This document shows, one piece after another, positions 32,668 to 41,704 of a stretch of DNA of 42,455 nucleotides. A program made the position numbers and the translations under genes. The number at the start of each line of letters is the position of its first letter. Positions within the stretch are counted from its first letter, which is position 1. The DNA is from a virus, in IMG/VR virus record IMGVR_UViG_3300029515_000012, positions 1 to 42,455 of that record. One strand, written 5' to 3'. The notes under the pieces were generated by a model. It was not told the DNA's origin. It ran no database searches and saw only the letters and a program-made list of their open reading frames with translations.

Positions 32668-32893
32668 GAAGAAACCTTGCAAATTTTGCGAGAGGCTTGC
32701 GTGGTGGAAGAAAAATTCCCCCAAAGGAGAGAACGGCCTTTACACCACGTTTCAAGTCAGTCTTATCACAAAAACGCACAGGAAAGGCGCAGGCGTGTGC
32801 GGTACGGTAACGCATCGTGCCGGACAGCTGAATTTCTGCCCCGAGTGCGGTCGTATCTTAAAGAAAAAGCGAGAACCGAGGGATGAACCGTGA
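32660..32893 (+). CDS. Zinc-ribbon protein (77 aa)
   Basis: AGGAGG lies 9 nt before ATG 32660. CKFC...CPEC. Confidence 0.55.
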   Translation: MDEKKPCKFCERLAWWKKNSPKGENGLYTTFQVSLITKTHRKGAGVCGTVTHRAGQLNFCPECGRILKKKREPRDEP

Positions 32894-33342
32894 ACTTTAA
32901 CTACGACATCAAATTCACCGACAACACCCCGCAGCTGCATGAGGCGCTGGACTCATGGGCAGAGCGGGTGCTGACCATCTGGGGCATGAAGGTGCAGGAC
33001 TACGCACAGCTGCTTGTGCCGACTGGCACGGAGGACAGCACCGGCATAGAGGGCTACGTGGGCGGTGCGCTGAAAGCATCCCTTACCTACGTTGTATCTG
33101 CGGCACAAAAGACCGTGACCATCGGCAGTAACCTGTTTTACAGCGTGTATGTGGAGCTGGGCACGGGCATCTTTGCCGAGAAGGGCAACGGACGCAAAAC
33201 GCCGTGGGTCTGGAAAGACTTCAACGGCAAATGGCACTTTACCCGTGGTATGGCTCCACGCCCGTTCCTGCGCCCTGCGGTGGAGGACCACATTGACGAA
33301 CTGCGGCAGATCGCCGTGGAAGAAGCAGAGAAGGGAGAATGA
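32890..33342 (+). CDS. HK97 gp10-family head-tail protein
   Basis: YSVYVELGTG and RPFLRPAVE motifs typical of the gp10 family. Confidence 0.7.
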   Translation: MNFNYDIKFTDNTPQLHEALDSWAERVLTIWGMKVQDYAQLLVPTGTEDSTGIEGYVGGALKASLTYVVSAAQKTVTIGSNLFYSVYVELGTGIFAEKGNGRKTPWVWKDFNGKWHFTRGMAPRPFLRPAVEDHIDELRQIAVEEAEKGE

Positions 33343-33722
33343 CTATGAGAAAGATTTTTGCAGCAATCACGCTTTTGGCTGTGTTGCTTCTGTGCGGATG
33401 CTCTGAGGCTGACAAGGCGAACGCCAACATCTCAAAGCAGGCAGACTATTTCGAGAGCGAGCGCAAGATCACCGTCTACAACGCCCGCACGGATAAGGTC
33501 ATCATGGAAGCCGAGGGCTATATGTCCATTTCCAACAACTCGGACAACGAGTTGGTCTGCACTGTAAAAATCGGCCCGGACACCTATCGCAAAAATTACA
33601 TCTACCTCAACAGCTACACCATGTATGTGGTGGAGGACATTACCGGCACCCATACCGACCCGTACCACTATAAACTCTATTTCCACACTGACGTTTTGCC
33701 GAGCGTGGAAGTCAAACCGTAA
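33339..33722 (+). CDS. Predicted lipoprotein (127 aa)
   Basis: Signal peptide MRKIFAAITLLAVLLLCGC with a lipobox-like LCGC. An alternative start at 33345 lies 6 nt after GGGAGA. Confidence 0.65.
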   Translation: MTMRKIFAAITLLAVLLLCGCSEADKANANISKQADYFESERKITVYNARTDKVIMEAEGYMSISNNSDNELVCTVKIGPDTYRKNYIYLNSYTMYVVEDITGTHTDPYHYKLYFHTDVLPSVEVKP

Positions 33723-33735
33723 AACCTAATATCTC

Positions 33736-33768
33736 AGCGGTTGGCGCACAGCGTCAGCCGCTTTTTTA
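33736..33768 (+). terminator. Rho-independent terminator
   Basis: 8-bp stem AGCGGTTG-N11-CAGCCGCT followed by TTTTTT. Confidence 0.7.
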
Positions 33769-33769
33769 T

Positions 33770-33843
33770 GCCGTTTTCGCTCAATGGCAGAGCTGCTGAT
33801 TTGTAACCAGCGGACGCGGGTTCGATTCCTGCAAGCGGCACCA
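33770..33843 (+). tRNA. tRNA-Thr (anticodon UGU), CCA-encoded
   Basis: 74 nt. Acceptor GCCGTTT/AAGCGGC. D arm GCTC-AATGGCA-GAGC. Anticodon arm GCTGA-TTTGTAA-CCAGC (one A-C). T arm GCGGG-TTCGATT-CCTGC. Discriminator A then CCA. Confidence 0.85.
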
Positions 33844-33941
33844 CACCGGCAGCACGTCCGGCAACCGCCTACAAAACGTAGGCAATTCACAAATCCGATG
33901 GCGAGCACGCCAGCCCGAGCATGGGCAGAAAGGACTATCAC

Positions 33942-34529
33942 ATGGCACTCAAAAGAGCTGACATCCGCACGATTCTGGAGAACACCGAAACCTCCAACGA
34001 TGACAAGGCGAAAGCCATTCTGGACGCCCTGCACAAGGAGACGGACGATCTCAAAGACCAGCTGGATGCAGAAAAAACAGCCCGCACACAGGCCGAGAAA
34101 GAGCGGGACGAGGCCAACGGCGGCAAGCAGGCCGCTGAAAAGGCGCTGACCGACTACAAGGCCCAGCAGACCAAGAAGGACACCCACGCAGCCAAGGAAG
34201 CCAAATTCCGGGAGCTGCTGAAGACCGCCGGGGTGCTGGACAAGTATGCAGACCGCGTTGTGCGGCTGTCCGGCGAGGACATTGACAAGCTGGAGCTGGA
34301 CGAAAAGGGCGAGGTCAAGGATGCCAAGAAGCACACCGACAGCCTGAAAGCTGATTGGGGCGACTTTGTGGCTACGACCACGACCACCGGCGCGAAGGTG
34401 GACAACCCGCCCACCAACACCGGCTCCAAAATGACCAAAGACCAAATTTTTGCAATCAAGGACGCTGGCGAACGCCAGGCCGCGATTGCTGCAAATGCCG
34501 ACCTGTTTACAGGCGGCGGAAAGGAATAA
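33942..34529 (+). CDS. Scaffolding protein
   Basis: Charged coiled-coil protein directly upstream of the capsid gene. ATG 33942 follows GAAAGGA. Confidence 0.75.
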   Translation: MALKRADIRTILENTETSNDDKAKAILDALHKETDDLKDQLDAEKTARTQAEKERDEANGGKQAAEKALTDYKAQQTKKDTHAAKEAKFRELLKTAGVLDKYADRVVRLSGEDIDKLELDEKGEVKDAKKHTDSLKADWGDFVATTTTTGAKVDNPPTNTGSKMTKDQIFAIKDAGERQAAIAANADLFTGGGKE

Positions 34530-34532
34530 CAT

Positions 34533-35432
34533 ATGGCAGCAAAAGAAGGTATCACCATGACCACCGATATCACCGTAGCCGCGCGTGAAATCGACTTTGT
34601 GACCCGCTTCCAGCGCAACTGGGACCATCTGCGCACCATTCTGGGCATCATGCGCCCCATCCGGATGCAGCCTGGCACCGTGCTCAAGAGCAAGTATGCA
34701 CAGGGCACCCTGCAGAGCGGCACCGTGGGCGAGGGCGAAGAGATCCCGTTCAGCAAGTACACCGTCAAGGAGAAGGAGTACGGCAAGATCACCATCGACA
34801 AGTACGGCAAGTCTGTCACCCTTGAGGCAATCCAGAATTACGGCTACGATGTCGCCGTGCAGAAGACCGATGATGAGTTCCTGTACGACCTGACCGCTCT
34901 GGTAACGGATAAGTTCTACAAGTTCCTGAACACCGGCACCCTGAAGGGCACTCCCAAGACCTTCCAGATGGCGCTGGCACATGCCAAGGGCGCGGTCGAG
35001 AACAAGTTCAAGACCATGCATCGCACCGTGACCGGCGTTGTTGGCTTTGTCAACGTGATGGACGTGTACGACTATCTGGGCAATGCCAATATCACCGTGC
35101 AGAACCAGTTCGGCTTCCAGTACATCAAGGACTTCATGGGTTACAACACCATCTTCCTGCTGTCCGACAGTGAGATCGCGAAGGGAAAGGTTATTGCCAC
35201 CCCGGTAGACAACATCGTCATGTACTATGTGGATCCTGCGGATAGCGAGTTTGCCCGCGCAGGTCTGGTCTACAGGACCGCAGGCGAGGCAAGCAACCTC
35301 ATCGGCTTCCACACTCAGGCAAACTACAGCACCGCAACCTCCGAGAGCTACGCCATTATGGGCGTGACCCTGTTTGCTGAGTATCTGGACGGTATCGCTG
35401 TCGAGACCATTACCCCGGGTGAATCGGTCTAA
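34533..35432 (+). CDS. Major capsid protein
   Basis: 299 aa after the scaffold. GAAAGGAATAAC RBS region. Size and position are typical. Confidence 0.85.
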   Translation: MAAKEGITMTTDITVAAREIDFVTRFQRNWDHLRTILGIMRPIRMQPGTVLKSKYAQGTLQSGTVGEGEEIPFSKYTVKEKEYGKITIDKYGKSVTLEAIQNYGYDVAVQKTDDEFLYDLTALVTDKFYKFLNTGTLKGTPKTFQMALAHAKGAVENKFKTMHRTVTGVVGFVNVMDVYDYLGNANITVQNQFGFQYIKDFMGYNTIFLLSDSEIAKGKVIATPVDNIVMYYVDPADSEFARAGLVYRTAGEASNLIGFHTQANYSTATSESYAIMGVTLFAEYLDGIAVETITPGESV

Positions 35433-35453
35433 CCTGCAAGGGGGTGACTTTGC

Positions 35454-35864
35454 ATGACCGTCCCTGAGCTGTGCGCCTACACGCACAATTTCTTTGACCG
35501 GGCAGACGACCCCATTGCAGGCGAGTTTGCCTTTGAGCCGGACACCGTGCCCGCCGGGGTGGTGCCGGGGCAGTATTTCCTTGTGTGCGGCTCCATCTTC
35601 AATGATGGCGTGCACATGGCCGGAGACGGAGACCTCACCGCCGAGACGTTCAACGGGACGGTGCAGCCCATGCGGGTTCCGCCTGCCTTTGTGGTGCTTG
35701 CCCAGAAGATCACCGACTACGACGCAAGACTCCCCTCCGGCGGTATGTATGTGTCGCAGTCGTTCAATGGGTGGTCCGGGTCCATGGCGACCGGATCCGA
35801 CGGACTCCCTGCGGATGGTCTGACCCGGTACCGCAAGGAGATCAACCAATGGAGGAAACTGTAA
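35454..35864 (+). CDS. Head-tail connector candidate (hypothetical structural protein)
   Basis: Position between capsid and adaptor genes. GGGGGTGA RBS. Confidence 0.5.
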   Translation: MTVPELCAYTHNFFDRADDPIAGEFAFEPDTVPAGVVPGQYFLVCGSIFNDGVHMAGDGDLTAETFNGTVQPMRVPPAFVVLAQKITDYDARLPSGGMYVSQSFNGWSGSMATGSDGLPADGLTRYRKEINQWRKL

Positions 35865-36235
35865 TGGCAGTCAACGACTTTGTCCGGAACACCGTCATGG
35901 ACGGTTTCAGCCGGAAATTCTGCTTTCTGGAAAAAAAGCTCGTTTCTGATGGGCTGTTCGGCTCCACCACCACATGGGTGCCGGGGCTGGAATTCGAGGG
36001 CGTAGAACGCCACGACACCACCATTGAGGCACAGCAGGCCGAGCAGCAGGGCACCGCTTCCACCTATTCGATCTACGTTGACAAGGGCGTTCAACTCGCC
36101 CCCTTCGACCGCATCAAGCGGTTGGAGGACGCGCAGGTATTCGAGGTCACATCTGCCAGCGCAGACAAGCTGTCTCCGGCGGAAAGCGGGATGAACCTTG
36201 CAGTTGTCCAGTGCAAAAAGGTGGTGTTGACCTGA
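35864..36235 (+). CDS. Head closure / head-tail adaptor protein
   Basis: TAATG overlap start with GGAGGAAA RBS. The roughly 120-aa size and position resemble SPP1 gp16-like proteins. Confidence 0.55.
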   Translation: MAVNDFVRNTVMDGFSRKFCFLEKKLVSDGLFGSTTTWVPGLEFEGVERHDTTIEAQQAEQQGTASTYSIYVDKGVQLAPFDRIKRLEDAQVFEVTSASADKLSPAESGMNLAVVQCKKVVLT

Positions 36236-36612
36236 TGGGCACAGCAGAAGCCATTACAACGGCGCTGAACAGCTTTTTTTTGCTGTTTGATATTCCTGTG
36301 TACCCGGAGGATTTTGTGCCGCAGGGCGCTTCCTTGCCCTATATCACAGTGCTGCCGGTCATTCCCAAAGGATTTGACGAGAGCAGCACCTTCCACGCGC
36401 GGCTTTGGTATCCGGTGGACGGCGGAAAGCTGTCCATCATCCGCAAAACAGATGAGATCCGCGCTGCCCTTGGCGATGGGCTTACCATCGAGTGCGAGGG
36501 CGGCGCGATCCTTTTATGCGCAGGCAACCCGTGGGCGCAGTCTATGGACAACACACCGGAAAAATACCTGTGCACATACCTTACTTTTGACGTCACATCC
36601 TTTGTGGTGTGA
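36235..36612 (+). CDS. Tail completion / neck protein candidate
   Basis: TGATG overlap. About 125 aa, immediately upstream of the major tail protein. Confidence 0.5.
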   Translation: MGTAEAITTALNSFFLLFDIPVYPEDFVPQGASLPYITVLPVIPKGFDESSTFHARLWYPVDGGKLSIIRKTDEIRAALGDGLTIECEGGAILLCAGNPWAQSMDNTPEKYLCTYLTFDVTSFVV

Positions 36613-36625
36613 GAAAGGATAACGC

Positions 36626-37186
36626 ATGAACAAAATGTATCACGCCATTTCGGCAGATGCTTTCAAAAAACTTCAGTTTCAGGCGGGTGCGCTGCTCAAA
36701 AAGTTTGACCCGGCGGGTACAACCCCCATTGCTGCAGAAGATCTTATCTGCCTGACCTCCGGCGGCATCACCATTTCCTGCAAGCCCAACACCATTGATC
36801 TGGGCGAGGATCTGGACGAAGTGCCCGAGAACACCTACCAGCTCAAGCACATCACCAGCTGGGATTGCGGTATGTCCACCACCTGCATGACCGTGAGCGC
36901 CGACACCATCAAGCTGGAGCTGGGCGCTGCGGACGTTGAAACCAACAAGATCACCGTGCGCGAAGACTACAAGGACGAGGACTTCCAGGACATCTGGTGG
37001 CATGGCAACCTGATCGGCGGCGGTTATGCCGCGGTTAAGCTGATGAAGGCTGTGAGCGATGGCGGCATCGAGCTGAAAACCACCAAGGACGGAAAGGGCA
37101 ACATCAGCCTGAGCTTGAAGGGTCACTACGACATGACCGACACCAGCAAGGTGCCTATGGAGTTCTACGTCAAGGAGGCAGAATAA
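36626..37186 (+). CDS. Major tail protein
   Basis: 186 aa directly before the G/GT chaperone pair and tape measure. GAAAGGA RBS. Confidence 0.8.
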   Translation: MNKMYHAISADAFKKLQFQAGALLKKFDPAGTTPIAAEDLICLTSGGITISCKPNTIDLGEDLDEVPENTYQLKHITSWDCGMSTTCMTVSADTIKLELGAADVETNKITVREDYKDEDFQDIWWHGNLIGGGYAAVKLMKAVSDGGIELKTTKDGKGNISLSLKGHYDMTDTSKVPMEFYVKEAE

Positions 37187-37660
37187 ATGATCCTTACCAT
37201 CAATCTTGACCCCGTGGAAGCGCTGCCCAAGCTGTATGATGCGGTGGACGGCATCACGCGCATGGTTATGGATGCAAAGGACAACGTGAACAACCCGGAG
37301 ACCAAGGCAGCCCGGGAGACCATTGTTACAAACGCCCTGAAGATGCTGGGTGCAGAGCCGCAGAACAGTGAAGGCAGCAAGAAAAAGCTGACCCCCAGAG
37401 AGTTTGCGCTTGCTGCGCTGGACTTTGTCAAGCCTCTGATGAAACTTGACCCTGAGCGCACCGTGAACGCCCTGCACCAGCTGTACACGCTGGAAGAGGG
37501 CGAAAAAGACACCCTGCCCAAGGCGTTTACTGCACTTACCAAGTCCGTGATGCAGAAAGACGTGCAGGATTTTTTGTCCTCTCTGGCAGACTTGAACGGC
37601 CTGAGTTTTGGCACTACGTCTGCCGAGCCGACCTCCAGCATCTCCGCGCCTACGGCTTAA
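37187..37660 (+). CDS. Tail assembly chaperone (gpG-like)
   Basis: Position before the tape measure. Contains the slippery heptamer at 37570. Confidence 0.8.
   Translation: MILTINLDPVEALPKLYDAVDGITRMVMDAKDNVNNPETKAARETIVTNALKMLGAEPQNSEGSKKKLTPREFALAALDFVKPLMKLDPERTVNALHQLYTLEEGEKDTLPKAFTALTKSVMQKDVQDFLSSLADLNGLSFGTTSAEPTSSISAPTA
37570..37576 (+). promoter_or_regulatory. -1 programmed ribosomal frameshift slippery site T TTT TTG
   Basis: The zero frame reads GAT TTT TTG. The -1 frame is open from at least 37501 to 37935, checked codon by codon. Confidence 0.7.
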
Positions 37661-37935
37661 AGTATTTCGTCTGGTTCGTAATCAGCGAGATGCGGGAACA
37701 GCAGCGCACAAGAGCATACCAGCTGTACACGGCTGATATGCTCTATCTTTGTGCTGTATCTCTTGGTCAGCCGGTGGAGAAGCCCTTCAGCGAGATCATG
37801 GCAGAGTACGATAAGCCACTATCCCAGCGCCGACACGAAACAACACTGGAAGAAGCGCAGGCGTGTTGGGAAAAGACGCTTGCAGACAGTAAAAAAGCCG
37901 CAGAGCAGAACGGAGGTGGTGAAGTACGGGCTTAA
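37576..37935 (+). CDS. gpT-like extension of the tail chaperone (G-T fusion made by -1 frameshift)
   Basis: The -1 frame relative to 37187..37660 is continuous from the slippery site through track ORF 37690..37935. It ends 5 nt before the tape measure start. Confidence 0.7.
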   Translation, partial: VLSGRLERPEFWHYVCRADLQHLRAYGLKYFVWFVISEMREQQRTRAYQLYTADMLYLCAVSLGQPVEKPFSEIMAEYDKPLSQRRHETTLEEAQACWEKTLADSKKAAEQNGGGEVRA

Positions 37936-37940
37936 ATGTT

Positions 37941-40900
37941 ATGCACTTGATGGCAAGTTTGGGCATGGATACCTCTGACTACGAGCAGAGCATCGAGGAA
38001 GCAAAAGAACAAACTAAATCATCCGTTGCCAGCATGACAAAGGATTATAACCGTTTGTATAGCGATGTTTTGCATCTCACTGCTGCTTATCAAAAATCCA
38101 GCAAAGAAACCGGAGAAAATTCCAAAGCTACCAAGGACTTAAAGCAAAAGCTGTCAGACGCACAAAAGCAGTTGGATGCAACGGCTAGAGGGTTAAATAC
38201 TGCGCAGCAGTATATGGATAGCTTTAGTAAAAAGACAGATACCGCCGGTAATTCATTGGCTTCTGCCATGACAAAGGCACAACTCTTAGCTTCTGCTGTA
38301 CAGACCGCTGCAAGAAAAATTAAAGATCTGGCCGTTGGGTTTGTGCAAACCGGTATGCAGTACAACGCCCAAATCGAAACTTACAGAACCGCGCTCACAA
38401 ATATGCTTGGTGATGCCGAAAAAGCCAACGCGATGCTCACCAGCATCAAACGAGATGCAGCAAGAACGCCATTCAGCACGGACGCACTTGTTGCGGCCAA
38501 TCAGTATCTTTTGAGCGCAGGTGAAAATGCAGAGTACAGTCAAAAAACAATTCTTGCGCTTGGCGATGCTATAAAAGCAACCGGCGGCGGAGACGATGAA
38601 TTAAACCGTATGGCGCAAAACCTCCAACAGGTTGCAAATGTTGGCAAGGCATCGGCAGTTGATATCAAGCAGTTTGCATTTGCGGGCATCAATATCTATC
38701 AGGTTTTGGCAGACTACACCGGCAAATCGGTGCAGGAAGTCCAGAACATGACCGTCACCTATGACGTGCTGACGCAGGCGCTGCAGGCTGCAGCCGAAGA
38801 GGGCGGGCGCTACTACGGCAGCATGGAGACCCAGAGCGAGACCCTCTCCGGCCGCATCACCACCCTGCAGGACAACGCCAAGCAGCTGGCCGGTGAGCTT
38901 TCCACCGGGCTTTCCAGCGCTTACGGCACCGTGGTGGAAAAGGCCAACGAGTGGGTCACCTCCATCCTGAGCGATGATGAAAAGTTGCAGCAGCTCAACA
39001 CTACCGTGACCGTTGTCACGGCGGCCATCGCTGCAGGCACCAGCGGATTTATCGCCTACCGCACGGCCATGGCCATCTCCGGCGTCATCAGCGCAGTGCG
39101 CAATGCCACCGAGGGCATGACTATTGCGCAGGCGGCCCTGAACGCGGTCATGGCAGCCAATCCCGTCGCCATCGTGGTGACGGCTCTGACTGCCCTTGCG
39201 GGCGGTCTGGCAACGGCCTATGCCGCAAACGAGGACTTCCGGGAGGGCTGGAACAGCGCGTGGAGTTCCATCAAGGACTGGTTTTCCTCGGTGGCAGACT
39301 ATATCCTCGACAAGCTGAATGTGATCATGGCCGTAGCCAACGGCGTCGGAAATGCGATCGCCGCACTTGGCCGCCTGGAAAGCCCTGTGGACGCCTACAA
39401 CGCTGCCTATCATCAGACCCGACAGAACTACGCGGACAACAAGACCCGGCAGCGGCAGAAGGACGGCGGCCATGCACGGCGCACCTCCAACGGCGGCATG
39501 TGGTCGGATAAGCTCCCGAACACGGCCAGCAACGCGGTCATCAGCAGCATTGCGCCTTCTACCGGCGGCACCACGAGCAAGAAGAAAGCCGCCTCCACAA
39601 AGTCCACCACCGAAACGGTCATTGCGTCGGTGTCCAACACCGTAACCACCAGCGCTATGAACGCTCTGGGTGCAGTGACCACCAGCGTGGAGACCCTGCA
39701 GGAAAAAGTCAAAGATTCTGCTGGTAAAATCAAAGATCGCGTAACTACGACCACAACCGAGACCGGCAAGGAAATGGTCAACGGCGTAGCTACCACCTAC
39801 AAAAAGGTCAACACCGTTGTGGACGGCGTCGTTACCAAGACCACCAAGGTCTATGATGACATGTCCAAGACCCTGACCGGTACCCTGACCAAGGTTGCAG
39901 AAACGACCTTTGACGGCATCACAACAAAAATCCAGGAAGCTACAGAAAAGTACGCCGACGGCAGCGAGCATATCAAGAAGACCGTCACAGAGACCGGCCA
40001 GCGCATCGGAAAGAACGGCGCGGAGACCTACGAGAAGATCATCACCTACATCGACGGCGTTCAAGACAAGGTGACGGAAACCTCCAACGAGATTGACAAG
40101 AGCGTAAAGGGTACCCAGAGCCGCATTGATAAAAATTTAAGCGGCATATCCGAAGAGCTAAACAAGGGAATTTTTGGTCTGGTAAAGAATTTCTTTAATG
40201 ATGCCCAAAATGGAAACTGGGGAAATCTTGCGCTAGATTTTGTCAACCTAATCTGGGGCGAAGTGTCTCAGGATCAGCGGGATGCCCTTATGGACTGGGG
40301 ACACAATGCGCTGAAAGCTATCAATGAGGGCTACTTCAGCGGCGGCATTGGCAAGGCGCTGGAGTCTATCCAGAGCATTTTTACAAACGGCATTACTGCC
40401 GGAGTGGATGGTGCCACTACGTCTGTAAAGGCGTTCTCTGAGATCGTGCAGGGCCTTGCGAGCTCTGGCGGCGTTGGCGGCGCACTTGGCAGCATTGTGC
40501 AGGGTTTTTCTGGTATGGCTGGCGGCATCACGTCCGCGCTTGGAACTGTGGTGTCGTTCATCTCGGCGAACCCGGTTTTAGGTATCATTCTCGGCGTTGG
40601 AGCTGTGGGTGCTGTAGCTGGCGGTATCGGGCTTGCGCTGTGGGCCAAAAACAAAAAGAGCAAAGACCCGGTCAATAATTACAAGAGCCCGTTTGACGAT
40701 GTGGGCGTGTACGACAGCCTGAACGAGTTTTCTACGCGGTCTGCGATTCAGTACCGCGTGATCGGACAGAGCAGCCACGCAGACAAGCAGACCAGCATTC
40801 TGGAGCGCATCGAGGAGCTTCTGGACGAGCATCTGCCTGCCATTGGCACCGGTCAGGTGGTCATGGATTCCGGTGAGCTGGTGGGTGTTATTTCGCCCAG

Positions 40901-40964
40901 GATGGCACAAAATGTTGACGCGCGCATCGGTGTGACCGTGACCCGGAAAGCGAGGGGCGTATAA
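37941..40964 (+). CDS. Tail tape measure protein
   Basis: 1007 aa. Block AARTPFSTDALVAANQYLLSAG...FAFAGINIYQVLADYTG is typical of the TP901-type TMP core. TM-like Gly/Ala-rich segments. Confidence 0.9.
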   Translation: MHLMASLGMDTSDYEQSIEEAKEQTKSSVASMTKDYNRLYSDVLHLTAAYQKSSKETGENSKATKDLKQKLSDAQKQLDATARGLNTAQQYMDSFSKKTDTAGNSLASAMTKAQLLASAVQTAARKIKDLAVGFVQTGMQYNAQIETYRTALTNMLGDAEKANAMLTSIKRDAARTPFSTDALVAANQYLLSAGENAEYSQKTILALGDAIKATGGGDDELNRMAQNLQQVANVGKASAVDIKQFAFAGINIYQVLADYTGKSVQEVQNMTVTYDVLTQALQAAAEEGGRYYGSMETQSETLSGRITTLQDNAKQLAGELSTGLSSAYGTVVEKANEWVTSILSDDEKLQQLNTTVTVVTAAIAAGTSGFIAYRTAMAISGVISAVRNATEGMTIAQAALNAVMAANPVAIVVTALTALAGGLATAYAANEDFREGWNSAWSSIKDWFSSVADYILDKLNVIMAVANGVGNAIAALGRLESPVDAYNAAYHQTRQNYADNKTRQRQKDGGHARRTSNGGMWSDKLPNTASNAVISSIAPSTGGTTSKKKAASTKSTTETVIASVSNTVTTSAMNALGAVTTSVETLQEKVKDSAGKIKDRVTTTTTETGKEMVNGVATTYKKVNTVVDGVVTKTTKVYDDMSKTLTGTLTKVAETTFDGITTKIQEATEKYADGSEHIKKTVTETGQRIGKNGAETYEKIITYIDGVQDKVTETSNEIDKSVKGTQSRIDKNLSGISEELNKGIFGLVKNFFNDAQNGNWGNLALDFVNLIWGEVSQDQRDALMDWGHNALKAINEGYFSGGIGKALESIQSIFTNGITAGVDGATTSVKAFSEIVQGLASSGGVGGALGSIVQGFSGMAGGITSALGTVVSFISANPVLGIILGVGAVGAVAGGIGLALWAKNKKSKDPVNNYKSPFDDVGVYDSLNEFSTRSAIQYRVIGQSSHADKQTSILERIEELLDEHLPAIGTGQVVMDSGELVGVISPRMAQNVDARIGVTVTRKARGV

Positions 40965-41704
40965 TGGCAAAATTGCAAGGCGCAAAAATCGGCGATTATC
41001 ATACCCTCACGGACTGGGGTCTGTACCTCAAAGTGGGCAGCCCGAAGATCAGCAGCGCGGAGGTGGACGAGTACCTGGTACAGGTGCCAGGGTCTGATAC
41101 CCTGCTCAACCTGACCAGTTCTTTGGACGGCAGGCCACACTACAAAAAGCGCACCATTACCATGGAGCTGCTGTGCAGGGCGCCCAAAAAAACCTGGCCG
41201 ACCCTTTACAGCCGGATCGCAAACGCCATCCACGGGAAATGGCTCCAGTGTAAATTCGACAATGACCCCAGTTTTTACTGGGAGGGCTTGTGGAGCGTGT
41301 CCATGACGCGCGACCGGCTTTCCAGTACCTTTACTATCACCGGCACCTGCGACCCCTTCAAACGCAGTGTATACGACGGCTCTGATGACTGGCTGTGGGA
41401 TGACCTTGTATTTGATACGGCGATTATCCGTAATTATACGGACATCCAGCTCAAAGCCAACGAGGACATCACCGTAACCGTCACCGGTGCACCAAGAGCG
41501 GCGGGCATCTACTTCAAGCGCAGCGAGGACGCTGCCGACATTGCGGTGTCTCTCAATGGCCTTGAGGTTGGCATCCTTGCAAAGTCTACAGAGTGGCAGT
41601 ACATTGAGGGCTTGCATATGCCGGATGGCGTTGTAGGTACTCTCATCTTTGCGGCGTCTGCGGATTGCAGCATCAGCATCCGATATCTGGGGGGCAGCTT
41701 ATGA
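40964..41704 (+). CDS. Distal tail protein (Dit, siphovirus tail component)
   Basis: 246 aa immediately after the TMP, with a 1-nt overlap (TAATG). Confidence 0.75.
   Translation: MAKLQGAKIGDYHTLTDWGLYLKVGSPKISSAEVDEYLVQVPGSDTLLNLTSSLDGRPHYKKRTITMELLCRAPKKTWPTLYSRIANAIHGKWLQCKFDNDPSFYWEGLWSVSMTRDRLSSTFTITGTCDPFKRSVYDGSDDWLWDDLVFDTAIIRNYTDIQLKANEDITVTVTGAPRAAGIYFKRSEDAADIAVSLNGLEVGILAKSTEWQYIEGLHMPDGVVGTLIFAASADCSISIRYLGGSL

Noticed and set aside
33726-35849. 707-aa minus-strand ORF, the longest in the track
   Set aside because: It is antisense to tRNA-Thr, the scaffold and the major capsid genes. It has no RBS and an Arg/Gly/His/Leu-rich shadow composition typical of GC-rich antisense frames.
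38601-40064. 487-aa minus-strand ORF. Similar antisense shadow ORFs lie on the minus strand at 31606..32724, 36593..37477, 21107..22081, 17840..18787, 9639..10550, 167..1072, 1302..2198, 1969..2841, 27798..28589 and 40853..41617, and on the plus strand at 12119..12847 (opposite int).
   Set aside because: All lie opposite well-supported genes with motif support on the other strand (int in the case of 12119..12847). They lack SD sequences and have shadow-frame composition.
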